A model generated the notes under the pieces. That model was given only the letters and a program-made list of their open reading frames with translations, was not told the origin of the DNA and ran no database searches. Position numbers and translations under genes: made by a program. 64,000 nucleotides of DNA from the NCBI GenBank assembly GCA_963663165.1, contig OY760175.1, positions 704,001-768,000 on the forward strand. Direction: 5' to 3'. Origin of the DNA: an uncultured Desulfospira sp. (lineage in GTDB: Bacteria; Desulfobacterota; Desulfobacteria; Desulfobacterales; Desulfobacteraceae). This document shows positions 43,149-52,658 of this stretch, in pieces; positions within the stretch are counted from its first letter, which is position 1; each line of letters opens with the position of its first letter.

Positions 43149-45047
43149 GTGAGCCTTCTTGAACAGATAAAAACGCCAGCGGATCTGAAAGCCCTGCCCC
43201 GGAACCGCTTACCCGAACTTGCCTGGGAAATTCGAGAGCGGATCATTGAAGTGGTTTCCAAAAACGGGGGACACCTGGCCTCAAGCCTTGGCGCCGTTGA
43301 ACTGACCATTGCCATCCATTATGTGTTTGATCTGCCCAACGACACATTGATCTGGGATGTGGGCCACCAGTCCTATGCCCATAAGCTGTTAACCGGCCGG
43401 AATGACCGGTTTGACAGCCTGCGCCAGTACAAAGGGATCTCCGGGTTTTTAAAAATCAAGGAAAGCCCTTATGACGGATTTACCGTGGGCCATTCATCCA
43501 CGTCCATATCCGCAGGACTCGGCATCTGTGCCGCCAAGCAGCTCATGGCGGACAAATCCGACGTGATTTCTGTTATCGGGGACGGTTCCCTTACCGCCGG
43601 ACTGGCCTATGAAGGCCTCAACCAGACCGGGGACTTAAGCCCGGGCATGATCGTGATTCTCAATGACAATGACATGTCCATTTCCCCCAACGTGGGGGCG
43701 TTGTCTTCTTATCTGTCCCGGACCTTTTCGGCCAAAGCGCTTCAGGGGTTAAGAAATCAGTTCGGGGTATTTCTCAAATCCCTTCCCAAAATCGGGGATG
43801 ACATGTACGGCATGGCCAAGCGGTGGGAAGAATCCTTTAAAACCTTTGTCACACCGGGCATGCTGTTTGAGGCCTTTAACTTTGATTACTTCGGTCCCAT
43901 CAACGGCCACAATCTGGACCATCTGATCGACATTTTAACCAATATCCGGCATCCCGATTCCCCGGTGCTGCTCCATGTCACCACCAAAAAGGGAAAAGGG
44001 TATGAACCGGCGGAAAAAAACCCGGTCTATTTTCACGGGGTCGGCGCCTTTGTTGTTGACACCGGGAAAAGCAACAAAAAAGCCGATGCCAAATGCAAGG
44101 TGCCTTCTTACACCCAGGTGTTTGGGGATACCATGATCCATCTGGCCAACCTGGACAAAAGAATTGTCGCCGTTACTGCCGCCATGCCTGAAGGCACCGG
44201 GCTGATGGGGTTTGCCGAACAGTTTGAAGACCGGTTCTTTGACGTGGGCATTGCCGAACAGCATGCCGTAACCTTTGCCGCAGGCCTTGCCGCCAAAGGC
44301 TTAAGACCGGTGGTGGCCATTTATTCCACCTTTCTTCAGCGGGCCTATGACCAGATCCTTCATGATGTCTGTATTGATGCCCACAGGGTGGTGTTTGCCA
44401 TTGACCGGGGCGGCATTGTGGGCGAAGACGGCCCCACCCACCACGGGTTGTTTGATTTTGCCTTTTGCCGCAGCATTCCCAACATGGTGGTCATGGCCCC
44501 GAGCAATGAAAATGAACTGGCGCGCATGCTGACAGCCGCCTTGAACCATGACGGCCCCATTGCCTTAAGATACCCCAGGGGCAAGGGGGAAGGGGTTGAA
44601 CTGGATCCGGTGCCATCACCGGTTCAAATGGGCAAAGGCAAGGTGGTCCGGCAGGGATCTGATGTATTGATCATTGGTATCGGACGGGTGGTCAACGATG
44701 CCCTGGCCGCAGCGGATATGCTTGAATCAGACGGGATTCAGGCCCAGGTGCTGGATGCCCGGTTTGTCAAGCCCCTGGATAAAGACCTGATCCTTGAACG
44801 GGCCGGCCAAATCAAAAAAGTGGTCACGGTGGAAGAGCATGTTCTTGACGGCGGGTTCGGATCAGCGGTGCTGGAGTTGCTGGCCGACAACGGCCTGACC
44901 GGTGCCAGGGTGAGGCGGCTGGGAATTCAGGATTGTTTTGTGGAACATGGGGCCCAGTCCATCCTTAGAAAAGAGTGCGGCATTGACAAAGATGCCATTT
45001 TTCTTACAGCCAAAGACCTGGTCAACAACGGCGTCCCCGATGACTAA
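43149..45047 (+). CDS. dxs: 1-deoxy-D-xylulose-5-phosphate synthase
   Basis: GGHLASSLG, WDVGHQSY, GHSSTSIS, DVGIAEQHA, YSTFLQRAYDQ, DGPTHHG. Confidence 0.98.
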   Translation: MSLLEQIKTPADLKALPRNRLPELAWEIRERIIEVVSKNGGHLASSLGAVELTIAIHYVFDLPNDTLIWDVGHQSYAHKLLTGRNDRFDSLRQYKGISGFLKIKESPYDGFTVGHSSTSISAGLGICAAKQLMADKSDVISVIGDGSLTAGLAYEGLNQTGDLSPGMIVILNDNDMSISPNVGALSSYLSRTFSAKALQGLRNQFGVFLKSLPKIGDDMYGMAKRWEESFKTFVTPGMLFEAFNFDYFGPINGHNLDHLIDILTNIRHPDSPVLLHVTTKKGKGYEPAEKNPVYFHGVGAFVVDTGKSNKKADAKCKVPSYTQVFGDTMIHLANLDKRIVAVTAAMPEGTGLMGFAEQFEDRFFDVGIAEQHAVTFAAGLAAKGLRPVVAIYSTFLQRAYDQILHDVCIDAHRVVFAIDRGGIVGEDGPTHHGLFDFAFCRSIPNMVVMAPSNENELARMLTAALNHDGPIALRYPRGKGEGVELDPVPSPVQMGKGKVVRQGSDVLIIGIGRVVNDALAAADMLESDGIQAQVLDARFVKPLDKDLILERAGQIKKVVTVEEHVLDGGFGSAVLELLADNGLTGARVRRLGIQDCFVEHGAQSILRKECGIDKDAIFLTAKDLVNNGVPDD

Positions 45048-45792
45048 AGGGGAAAAGGTCGTTAAAGAACGGCTGGACCTTTTAATCGTGAATAAAGGGC
45101 TGGCCCCGTCCCGGCAGCGGGCTCAGAGCCTGATTATGAGCGGCCGGGTCCTGGTGGACAACACCCCCTGTGACAAGCCGGGCACCAAGGTTGCCTGCCA
45201 GGCGGAAATTACGGTAAAGGGAGATGACAACCCCTTTGTCAGCCGGGGCGGGCTCAAGCTTGAGAAAGCTTTCAACACCTTTCCCGTCAGCGCCCAAAAT
45301 TTAACCTGTCTGGACATCGGGGCCTCCACCGGCGGGTTTACCGACTGTCTTTTAAAACACGGGGCCCGGAAGGTATATGCCTGTGATGTGGGGTATGGGC
45401 AGCTGGACTGGGCCTTGCGCAACCATGACCGGGTGGTGGTGATTGAACGGACCAATATCAGAAACATGGCCTTTGACCAGGTGGGGCAGACCGTGGATAT
45501 GGTGGTGGCCGACACCTCTTTTATTTCCTTAAAAAAAGTGATTCCGGCGGCAGAAAAGTTTATGAAACCGGGAACCGTGGTCCTTGCCCTGATTAAGCCC
45601 CAGTTTGAGGCCGGCCGGGAAAATGTGGGCAAGGGGGGGGTCGTGCGCAGCGAACAGGTCAAGGAAAATGTCAAAACAGACCTGATGGATTTTTTCACCA
45701 ACAGGGGATTTGAGATCCAGGGGGTAACGCCCTCCCCCATCCTAGGTCCCAAAGGAAATGAAGAATTTATTATATTTATGATTTTAAGGTAA
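45040..45792 (+). CDS. tlyA: TlyA family rRNA methyltransferase
   Basis: S4 domain KERLD, FVSRGGLKL, LDIGASTGGFTD, LIKPQFE. Confidence 0.94.
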   Translation: MTKGEKVVKERLDLLIVNKGLAPSRQRAQSLIMSGRVLVDNTPCDKPGTKVACQAEITVKGDDNPFVSRGGLKLEKAFNTFPVSAQNLTCLDIGASTGGFTDCLLKHGARKVYACDVGYGQLDWALRNHDRVVVIERTNIRNMAFDQVGQTVDMVVADTSFISLKKVIPAAEKFMKPGTVVLALIKPQFEAGRENVGKGGVVRSEQVKENVKTDLMDFFTNRGFEIQGVTPSPILGPKGNEEFIIFMILR

Positions 45793-45949
45793 AAAGTACT
45801 GTCCTTTTTATTTAAATTTTATTATTTAAATATTAATTTTTGGTTAATGCAAGGGCTGACCGGCATTATTTTGGCGGGTTTGCCTGACTTTAAAAGAAAA
45901 AAAATCTCACTGGGTTGGGGTTTTTTTTATGACTTGAAAAGGAGCGGTA

Positions 45950-48019
45950 ATGAGCGAAGAAATCAAAGCCATGAGGAATGTGGCCCTAGCAGGCCATGGA
46001 GGTGCGGGCAAGACTAGTCTTGCTGAGGCTATGCTGTTTCACGCCGGGGTGACCAATCGTCTCGGAAAGGTTGAAGAAGGCAACACCGTAATGGATTTCC
46101 AGCCTGAGGAAACCAAAAAACAGCAAAGTATCAACACATCATTAATGAAGTATGCCCACAATAAGCATACAATCACACTGATGGACACGCCGGGCGATCA
46201 AAATTTCTTCTCTGCCGCCAAAACCTGCTTACCCGTTGCGGACAGTGTCGCCTTTGTGATTGACGGTGTGGGCGGCCCGTCCGCCATGACCGAAGAAGCC
46301 GCAGTCAGCGCCCTTGAATACAACCTTCCCGGGTTTGTTATTGTGAACAAGTTAGACAGGGAACGCGCGGATTTTAATACCTGCGTTGAAGCCTGCAGCA
46401 CCGCCTTGAAAAAAAAGGTGGTACCGGTCTGCTATCCCATTGGCCAGGAAGATGGGTTCAAAGGATTGGTCAATATTGTATCCGGACAGGCCTTTGAATT
46501 TGATGGCCAAGGCAAAGCCAAAAAAGTGGATATCCCCCAGGATATGGCGGATGATATAGCTGCCGACAAAGAAGCATTCATTGAAAATATTGCCGAACTC
46601 AACGACGAGCTTCTTGAAAAATACCTGGAAGGCGAAGAGCTTTCCGAAGAAGAAATTAAAGCCGCTTTCAGGCAGGGGATTCTGGATGCTGAATTCTATC
46701 CGGCCGTTCCTTCATCAGCAACAAAGCTGATCGGCATTGAGACCATTTTAGATTTTATTGATGACTACATGCCTTCTCCCATTGACCGGGGAGACTGGAT
46801 TGCCAAAGACAGTGCCGGGGAAGACGTTGTGGTTTCACCGGATCCAACGGCTGAATTCTGCGGGTTTGTTTTTGCCACCATCGTAGACCCCTATGCCGGC
46901 CGGCTGTCTCTTTTCAGGGTTATTTCAGGATCTCTTGGCAAAGAGGGGAACGTTCTCAATGTGACCAAAGGGGCCAAAGAACGATTCTCCCAGCTGCTGG
47001 AAATTGCCGGAAAAGAGCAGAAAACCATTACATCCGCCCTGCCCGGCTCCATTGTGGCCGTGGCCAAGCTTAAATCAACCCTGACCGGGGATACCCTGAC
47101 CGGCGGCAAGGAGATCCAGATCCCGGCCCCGGAACCCATGCCCCCTGTGATTTCATTTGCCATTTCACCCAAAGCCAAAAACGATGAAGATAAAATTCAC
47201 GAGGCGGTCCGTAAAATCCTTGAAGAGGACACGGGACTTCGGCTTAGAAGGGAAGAGGAAACCCGCCAGACCATTCTATCGGGCCGCGGGCTGGTTCATA
47301 TTGAGGTTACGGCTGAAAAGATCCTAAGAAAATTCAACGTGGCCATGGACATTGCCACTCCCAAAGTGGCCTACCGCGAAACCTTTAAAAAGAAAATCAG
47401 GGTCCAGGGCAAACATAAAAAACAGTCCGGCGGCCATGGCCAGTACGGGGACTGCTGGATTGTCCTTGAGCCCCTTCCCAGGGGAACCGGATTTGAATTT
47501 GTGGACAAGATCGTGGGCGGTGTAATCCCCAAAAACTATATTCCGGCTGTAGAGGCTGGTATCAGGGAAAGTTCAGCCTATGGTATCCTGGCCGGATTCC
47601 CCTGTGTGGACTTTAGAACCACCCTGGATTTCGGGTCCTACCATTCGGTTGACTCCTCTGAAATGGCCTTTAAAACCGCCGGGTCCATTGCCTTTAAAAA
47701 TGCGGCCAAGGACGCCGGTGCAACGTTGCTTGAACCCATTATGAAAGTGTCTGTAAAGGCGCCGGATACCAATACCGGTGATATCATGGGCGATCTGAAC
47801 TCCAGAAGGGGCCGGGTCCTTGGCATGGATTCCGAAGGAGACAAACAGGTCATCAATGCCCTGGTACCCATGTCTGAAATGCTCCGGTATGCCCCGGACT
47901 TAAGCTCCATGACCCAGGGCCGCGGCACCTTTACCATGGAATTTGAGCAGTATGACGAGGTCCCCGGGGACCTGGCCAAAAAAATCATTGAAATGGTGAA
48001 TGCTGAGAAAGACAATTAA
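45950..48019 (+). CDS. fusA: Elongation factor G paralogue (EF-G2-like)
   Basis: GHGGAGKT, DTPG, NKLD, KKQSGGHGQYG, GSYHSVDSSE; switch I is divergent (QQSIN) and the gene is not in a str operon. Confidence 0.9.
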   Translation: MSEEIKAMRNVALAGHGGAGKTSLAEAMLFHAGVTNRLGKVEEGNTVMDFQPEETKKQQSINTSLMKYAHNKHTITLMDTPGDQNFFSAAKTCLPVADSVAFVIDGVGGPSAMTEEAAVSALEYNLPGFVIVNKLDRERADFNTCVEACSTALKKKVVPVCYPIGQEDGFKGLVNIVSGQAFEFDGQGKAKKVDIPQDMADDIAADKEAFIENIAELNDELLEKYLEGEELSEEEIKAAFRQGILDAEFYPAVPSSATKLIGIETILDFIDDYMPSPIDRGDWIAKDSAGEDVVVSPDPTAEFCGFVFATIVDPYAGRLSLFRVISGSLGKEGNVLNVTKGAKERFSQLLEIAGKEQKTITSALPGSIVAVAKLKSTLTGDTLTGGKEIQIPAPEPMPPVISFAISPKAKNDEDKIHEAVRKILEEDTGLRLRREEETRQTILSGRGLVHIEVTAEKILRKFNVAMDIATPKVAYRETFKKKIRVQGKHKKQSGGHGQYGDCWIVLEPLPRGTGFEFVDKIVGGVIPKNYIPAVEAGIRESSAYGILAGFPCVDFRTTLDFGSYHSVDSSEMAFKTAGSIAFKNAAKDAGATLLEPIMKVSVKAPDTNTGDIMGDLNSRRGRVLGMDSEGDKQVINALVPMSEMLRYAPDLSSMTQGRGTFTMEFEQYDEVPGDLAKKIIEMVNAEKDN

Positions 48020-48048
48020 TCCCAGCCAGACCAGTCATTTTTAATTTC

Positions 48049-48083
48049 AAAAGGGGCTGCCGGTTTTCCGGCGGCCCCTTTTG
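48049..48083 (+). terminator. Intrinsic terminator after EF-G
   Basis: AAAAGGGGCTGCCGG-TTTT-CCGGCGGCCCCTTTT. Confidence 0.85.
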
Positions 48084-48220
48084 TATTTTTGATCATTGCC
48101 TATTCGATAATTGATTTAAGGCGCATTTGTGCGACCTTTGCGCCGGCATCTTTGAAATCACCTTCCCCTGACCTGTTCTGCAACATCCTGAAATATAGTG
48201 TAAATTAGGTTTCCATTCAC

Positions 48221-48237
48221 TTGGCATGAACTTTGCT
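48221..48237 (+). promoter_or_regulatory. Sigma54 (-24/-12) promoter
   Basis: TTGGCATGAACTTTGCT with GG (48223) and GC (48235) 12 nt apart, upstream of the NifX-family gene. Confidence 0.72.
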
Positions 48238-48298
48238 GTTAATTCTCTTAAGGCAACATTTTCATATTACCTAAACAGTTAAGGACGGGGGAAACAAA

Positions 48299-48844
48299 AT
48301 GAAAGTAGCGGTAAGTGCTTATGGCCAGGACCTGGATGCACAGATTAATCCCCGGTTTGGCCGGTGCGATTATTTGCTGTTGGTGGAAACCGATGACATG
48401 AGCGTTGACTCTTTTTCCAACCAGAACATCAACGCCAGCGGCGGGGCCGGGATACAATCCGCCGTGTTTGTGATTAACCAGGGGGCCCGTGCTGTGTTGA
48501 CCGGCAACTGCGGCCCTAAGGCCATGGATGTGTTTAATTCTTCAAACATTGCGGTGTATACCGGCCAGGACGGAACCGTGAGGCAGGCGGTGGAACGCTT
48601 TAAAAGCGGGGGACTTCAGGCATCTCCCGAGGCCACGGTACCGGAAAAATCCGGGGTTAATTCCGGCATGAACCAGCCCTCCTCACCCAGTGGTACCGGC
48701 CGTGGCATGGGCGGCGGCGGTGGCCGTGGCATGGGCGGCGGCGGTGGCCGTGGCATGGGCGGTGGTGGCGGCCGCGGCATGGGCGGTGGCCGTGGAATGG
48801 GCGGCGGCCGTGGCATGGGCGGTGGTGGCCGCAGCATGGGGTAG
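48299..48844 (+). CDS. NifB/NifX-family (dinitrogenase FeMo-cofactor domain) protein with a GRGMGGG-repeat tail
   Basis: MKVAVSA, PRFGRC, GGAGIQSA, LTGNCGPKA; tandem repeat at about 48697-48840. Confidence 0.88.
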   Translation: MKVAVSAYGQDLDAQINPRFGRCDYLLLVETDDMSVDSFSNQNINASGGAGIQSAVFVINQGARAVLTGNCGPKAMDVFNSSNIAVYTGQDGTVRQAVERFKSGGLQASPEATVPEKSGVNSGMNQPSSPSGTGRGMGGGGGRGMGGGGGRGMGGGGGRGMGGGRGMGGGRGMGGGGRSMG

Positions 48845-48856
48845 CAGCGATAAATA

Positions 48857-48939
48857 AGCTGTTAGTTGTTAGCCCTTAGCTGTTAGCTAAAAACCCGACG
48901 GCTAATAGCTAACGGCTTAAAGCTAACAGCTAATAGCTA
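48857..48939. repeat. Palindromic heptamer repeat, TTAGCnn family
   Basis: TTAGTTG TTAGCCC TTAGCTG TTAGCTA ... GGCTAA TAGCTAA ... CAGCTAA TAGCTAA. Confidence 0.8.
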
Positions 48940-48963
48940 AAAAAAACATTAAGGAGATCGTAA

Positions 48964-49350
48964 ATGACAAAAGTAGCCATGATTCGGTGTGAGAAAAATG
49001 AAAACCGGTGTCCTTTGACCGGCTGTTTTAAAACCATGATGGAAACCAGCCAGGGATTTGCCGGATACGAGGAATGCACCCCGGCCGGGGTGTTTACCTG
49101 TCGGTGCCCGGGGGACAATGCCGTGGAATTCGGTAAAATTTTAAAATCAAAGGGGGCTGAGGTAATTCATTTTTGCACATGCAGCTTTGCCAAAAAAACC
49201 GAAGCCGGATGGGATAACGCCAACGGTGGATTTTGTGAGGATATGGAAGCCATTGCCCGTAAGATTTCCAGGGAGACCGGACTTCCCTGTGTTCTGGGCA
49301 CCGCCCATTTGCCCAAGGGATATGAACCGGTCAAGATACAAGAAACTTGA
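48964..49350 (+). CDS. CGGC-domain-like Cys-rich protein
   Basis: KVAMIRC...CPLTGCF...TCRCPG...IHFCTC...VLGTAH pattern. Confidence 0.7.
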   Translation: MTKVAMIRCEKNENRCPLTGCFKTMMETSQGFAGYEECTPAGVFTCRCPGDNAVEFGKILKSKGAEVIHFCTCSFAKKTEAGWDNANGGFCEDMEAIARKISRETGLPCVLGTAHLPKGYEPVKIQET

Positions 49351-49440
49351 AACAAGAAATTTGATACAGGAAACAAGAGAAGAAGACTGGAGACCGGGTG
49401 CGCAAATTCGGTCTCCCGTTTCCGGTTTCCGGTCTTCAGC

Positions 49441-50547
49441 TTAAAGCAGATCCGGGTTGAGCTGGCAGTGTTTTACCGCGCTTTGGTCCAAAAGATGCCC
49501 TAGTTCCCCGTCTTTTCCCGGGTAAAATCCCATGCAGGCTTCCCAGACTTCCCGGTCTTCCATGCAAAAATAAACCAGGACCTTGGGATCATGCTGCCTG
49601 ATCCGCTCAACCACCTTCTGGTAAAGGCCGATGCGAAGGGGTTTGAAATATCGCATTTTATTGTCCAGGCCCGTGATAAACTCCCCATAGCAGATCACGG
49701 ATTTGGAGAACCGCTGTTCCACTATGGGTTTGAGTTTGGGCATGAACCGGAAGCTGCCCATACTGATCCAGACGATATGATCGGCGCTGACTTGGGCGAA
49801 TATGTCATCCACCACCTTTAAATAATCATCTTCACACCCCGGATAAACCACCATGGGATCAAAGTGAAAGGCCAGGTGGAACCCCTTGGATTCACAGAGG
49901 CGGGCCGTCTTTAACCGGGCGTTAAGCGATGCCGTTCCCCGCTCCTGGGTTTTGATCACCTCAGGGGTGTTCACCGACCAGGAAAGGACGGTTTTTTGGT
50001 TATGGTCCAGGTCCAGCAGGGAACCAACGTTGATGGTTTTTGTTTTTAATTCCAGCAGGCAGTTGGTCTGCCGGGCAAATTTTTCAACCAGAAATTGGGG
50101 GCTCTGGCTTACCGGTTCCCAAATCAGGGAATCGGTATATTCCCCGGTTCCGATACGGTAAATCCGGTTCTGGGAAAAGGTGTGGTCAAGTTCTTTGCCA
50201 AAGGTGTCAAGGCCGGCAAAGTACTGGAGCACCGGGGGGTGAAAATAGGCCTGAAGAATGCAGTAGGAACAGTCCATGGTGCAGAAGGTCCCGGTATGAA
50301 GGATGGTATAATCGCAGCAGGTATAGTGACTGGTACCGGGGCAGGGCCTGACCACTGCCCCCTTGTTTCGGGTAATATAAAGAATGGTTTTGGCCAGGGA
50401 TACGGGATCAGGCGACCGGTTGATCACATCGTAGACCATGGCGGAGTTCTCAACGGGTTCTGGTTTGAGCCCTGTTTTTGAAATCAGGTATTCAATTTCA
50501 GGATCCCGGGCAATCTCCTTATCCATAAATAAACGGGACAGTTTCAT
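49441..50547 (-). CDS. Radical SAM protein, spore photoproduct lyase (SplB)-like
   Basis: CTMDCSYC, RIGTGEYTDSL, LELKTK, FHFDP, KMRYFKPLR, YFCME. Confidence 0.82.
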   Translation of the reverse strand: MKLSRLFMDKEIARDPEIEYLISKTGLKPEPVENSAMVYDVINRSPDPVSLAKTILYITRNKGAVVRPCPGTSHYTCCDYTILHTGTFCTMDCSYCILQAYFHPPVLQYFAGLDTFGKELDHTFSQNRIYRIGTGEYTDSLIWEPVSQSPQFLVEKFARQTNCLLELKTKTINVGSLLDLDHNQKTVLSWSVNTPEVIKTQERGTASLNARLKTARLCESKGFHLAFHFDPMVVYPGCEDDYLKVVDDIFAQVSADHIVWISMGSFRFMPKLKPIVEQRFSKSVICYGEFITGLDNKMRYFKPLRIGLYQKVVERIRQHDPKVLVYFCMEDREVWEACMGFYPGKDGELGHLLDQSAVKHCQLNPDLL

Positions 50548-50577
50548 ACCTAACCTTTTGCAGCCATGTTGATTTTT

Positions 50578-51540
50578 TTATTTCCTGTCCAGGATAAGCC
50601 TGAAATCCGGATGGTTACCAGCCGCCTCAATCTCGGATAACCGGGTCTTGAATTCTGCCACGGATTTAAAATTAAAGGACATGGTGTAAGTGGTTCCCTC
50701 GAAATTTTCCGGCAGGGTGAACTTGATGTGTTTATCCAGGTTCAGCTTATTGATGGCCCCATTTACCCGGGACCGTTTTTCTTCAAGAAATGGAAACCGG
50801 GTTTGAACCAGAAACTGTCGCAAGGCATCGGCCTTAAACCCTAAATCCCCGCTGTCGTGAGATAAAATGGCATGGATCGATTCCTGTCCGAAAAAATCTT
50901 CCGGGCTGATCCCATCCCTTGCCATGATCTCCAGCATAAAGGTGATCATTTCCCTTTGCTTGGAAGATGAGGCCTTTATCCGTCCGAATATGTCAAGAAA
51001 GAAGTCCCGGGTAACCGGCTCAAGCCTGGAAATTTTCACGGCGGATTTTAATGACAGATGGCCGCTGTCCAGTACCTGGCACATGGTCTTACCCATGCCC
51101 CCGATGGAGAGCAAATCCTTTATATAGGCCGTGTTCATCCGGGTATTGAATATCAAAAGAGACTGGGCCGCGATCTTTTCCACAGGCATGACGCCCTTGA
51201 GCAGCATCAGGGACTTGATGGTTTCCATCAGGGTCAGGTCTCTTTGAAAGGCATTTTCCGCCACAGCCCTCGGGGCTGCATCGTCTTTATTTTCAAGGAC
51301 CCGGCAATACATAAGGGGAACGGCTTTGTTGAGCAGTGCCGCCCGGATCCGTCTGAAACCCGATACAATGACCACCCTGCCCTGGTCTTTGATGACCACC
51401 GGCGCCGTTAACATCCCTATGGTTTCAATGGAAAGGGCCAGGGATGAAAGGTCGCAGGGGTCAGTGGAAATCTGAAACCGGGTATCGGTAAGATCAATGT
51501 CCGATACCCGGATTTGCTCAAGATGATCAGAGGGTTTCAC
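50578..51540 (-). CDS. ParB/Srx-like N-terminal domain protein
   Basis: LALSIETIGMLTAPVV, IVSGFRRIRAA, AENAFQRDLTLME. Confidence 0.78.
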   Translation of the reverse strand: MKPSDHLEQIRVSDIDLTDTRFQISTDPCDLSSLALSIETIGMLTAPVVIKDQGRVVIVSGFRRIRAALLNKAVPLMYCRVLENKDDAAPRAVAENAFQRDLTLMETIKSLMLLKGVMPVEKIAAQSLLIFNTRMNTAYIKDLLSIGGMGKTMCQVLDSGHLSLKSAVKISRLEPVTRDFFLDIFGRIKASSSKQREMITFMLEIMARDGISPEDFFGQESIHAILSHDSGDLGFKADALRQFLVQTRFPFLEEKRSRVNGAINKLNLDKHIKFTLPENFEGTTYTMSFNFKSVAEFKTRLSEIEAAGNHPDFRLILDRK

Positions 51541-52405
51541 CGGTCAGTCTCGTATAGATGTCCTTATAAGTTCGGGCCGTATGGTCTATGACCTCCTGGG
51601 GAAGTTCAGGGCCGGGAGGGGTTTTGTCCCATCCGGAATTGACCAGCCAGTCCCGGACGGTCTGTTTGTCATAGCTGTTCTGTCCCCTGCCCGGCTCATA
51701 GTCATCCAGGGGCCAGAACCGGGATGAATCCGGGGTCAGGATCTCGTCAATAAGGATAATCTCATCATCCAGCAGCCCGAATTCAAACTTTGTATCGGCA
51801 ATGATGATCCCTTTTTCAAGGGCCAGCCGAGCGCCTTTGTTGTAAATGGCAAGGCTCAGATCCCGTAATTTTTCAGCGATTTCCCGGCCCAGAAGGTTAA
51901 TGGTTTCCTCAAAAGAAATATTGATATCATGGTCCCCGACTTCCGCCTTGGTTGAGGGGGTGAACAAGGGGGTTTCCAGTTTTTCGGATTCTTTAAGGCC
52001 TTTGGGCAGTTCAATGCCGCAGACATGGCCTTCCTTGAGGTAAGATGACCATCCGGAGCCCGTGATATATCCCCGGACAATGCATTCCACTTCAAAGGGT
52101 TTTGCCTTTTTAACCAGCATGCTGCGCTTGTCTAAAGCGTTTTTGTAGGCCTTGAATTCCTCAGGGTACTGATTGACATCCACGGTAATGATATGGTTTC
52201 TGATGAGATCTTCCATCTGCTTGAACCAGAACACCGATATCTGGTTTAAGACCTTGCCTTTGTCCGGGATCAGATTGGGCAGCACCACATCAAAGGCAGA
52301 CAACCGGTCTGTAGTCACCATTAAAAGGGCATCCCCTGTATCAAAAATATCCCTTACTTTCCCCTGCCGGACCATGGGCAGGTCATCGTTTATTGTCGAT
52401 GTCAT
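51527..52405 (-). CDS. purC: SAICAR synthetase
   Basis: GKVRDI, DRLSAFDV, ECIVRGY, IADTKFEFG, DEILTPDSSRFW. Confidence 0.97.
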   Translation of the reverse strand: MTSTINDDLPMVRQGKVRDIFDTGDALLMVTTDRLSAFDVVLPNLIPDKGKVLNQISVFWFKQMEDLIRNHIITVDVNQYPEEFKAYKNALDKRSMLVKKAKPFEVECIVRGYITGSGWSSYLKEGHVCGIELPKGLKESEKLETPLFTPSTKAEVGDHDINISFEETINLLGREIAEKLRDLSLAIYNKGARLALEKGIIIADTKFEFGLLDDEIILIDEILTPDSSRFWPLDDYEPGRGQNSYDKQTVRDWLVNSGWDKTPPGPELPQEVIDHTARTYKDIYTRLTGETL

Positions 52406-52658
52406 CCATTTTTCTCCTTGTTCATTATTCCTTCCTGCCTGCGCACCTGTCCAATCATGGGCAATGGATACCCCCTAGGGCTTTATCCGTTAAGCAAGGC
52501 AGGTAATACTTGACGATCAATACCAAATCATCATATGGTTATCAACACTTTTCATCAGCACCCATTCCCCCTGGCAGATCTTGCCAAAGGCGGTTGATGC
52601 TGGCTTTAAGGTTTCAAATTTTATTGATGATCTGTAATGTTCAAAAATGAGGTCGATT

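Noticed and set aside
45950..48019. Ribosomal protection (TetM-like) resistance gene
   Set aside because: Has EF-G domain IV motifs (KQSGGHGQYG, HSVDSSEMAF) and EF-G length; an ordinary EF-G paralogue.
48299..48844. Evidence for nitrogen fixation
   Set aside because: NifX-like domains are widespread outside nif clusters, and no nifHDK is in the window.
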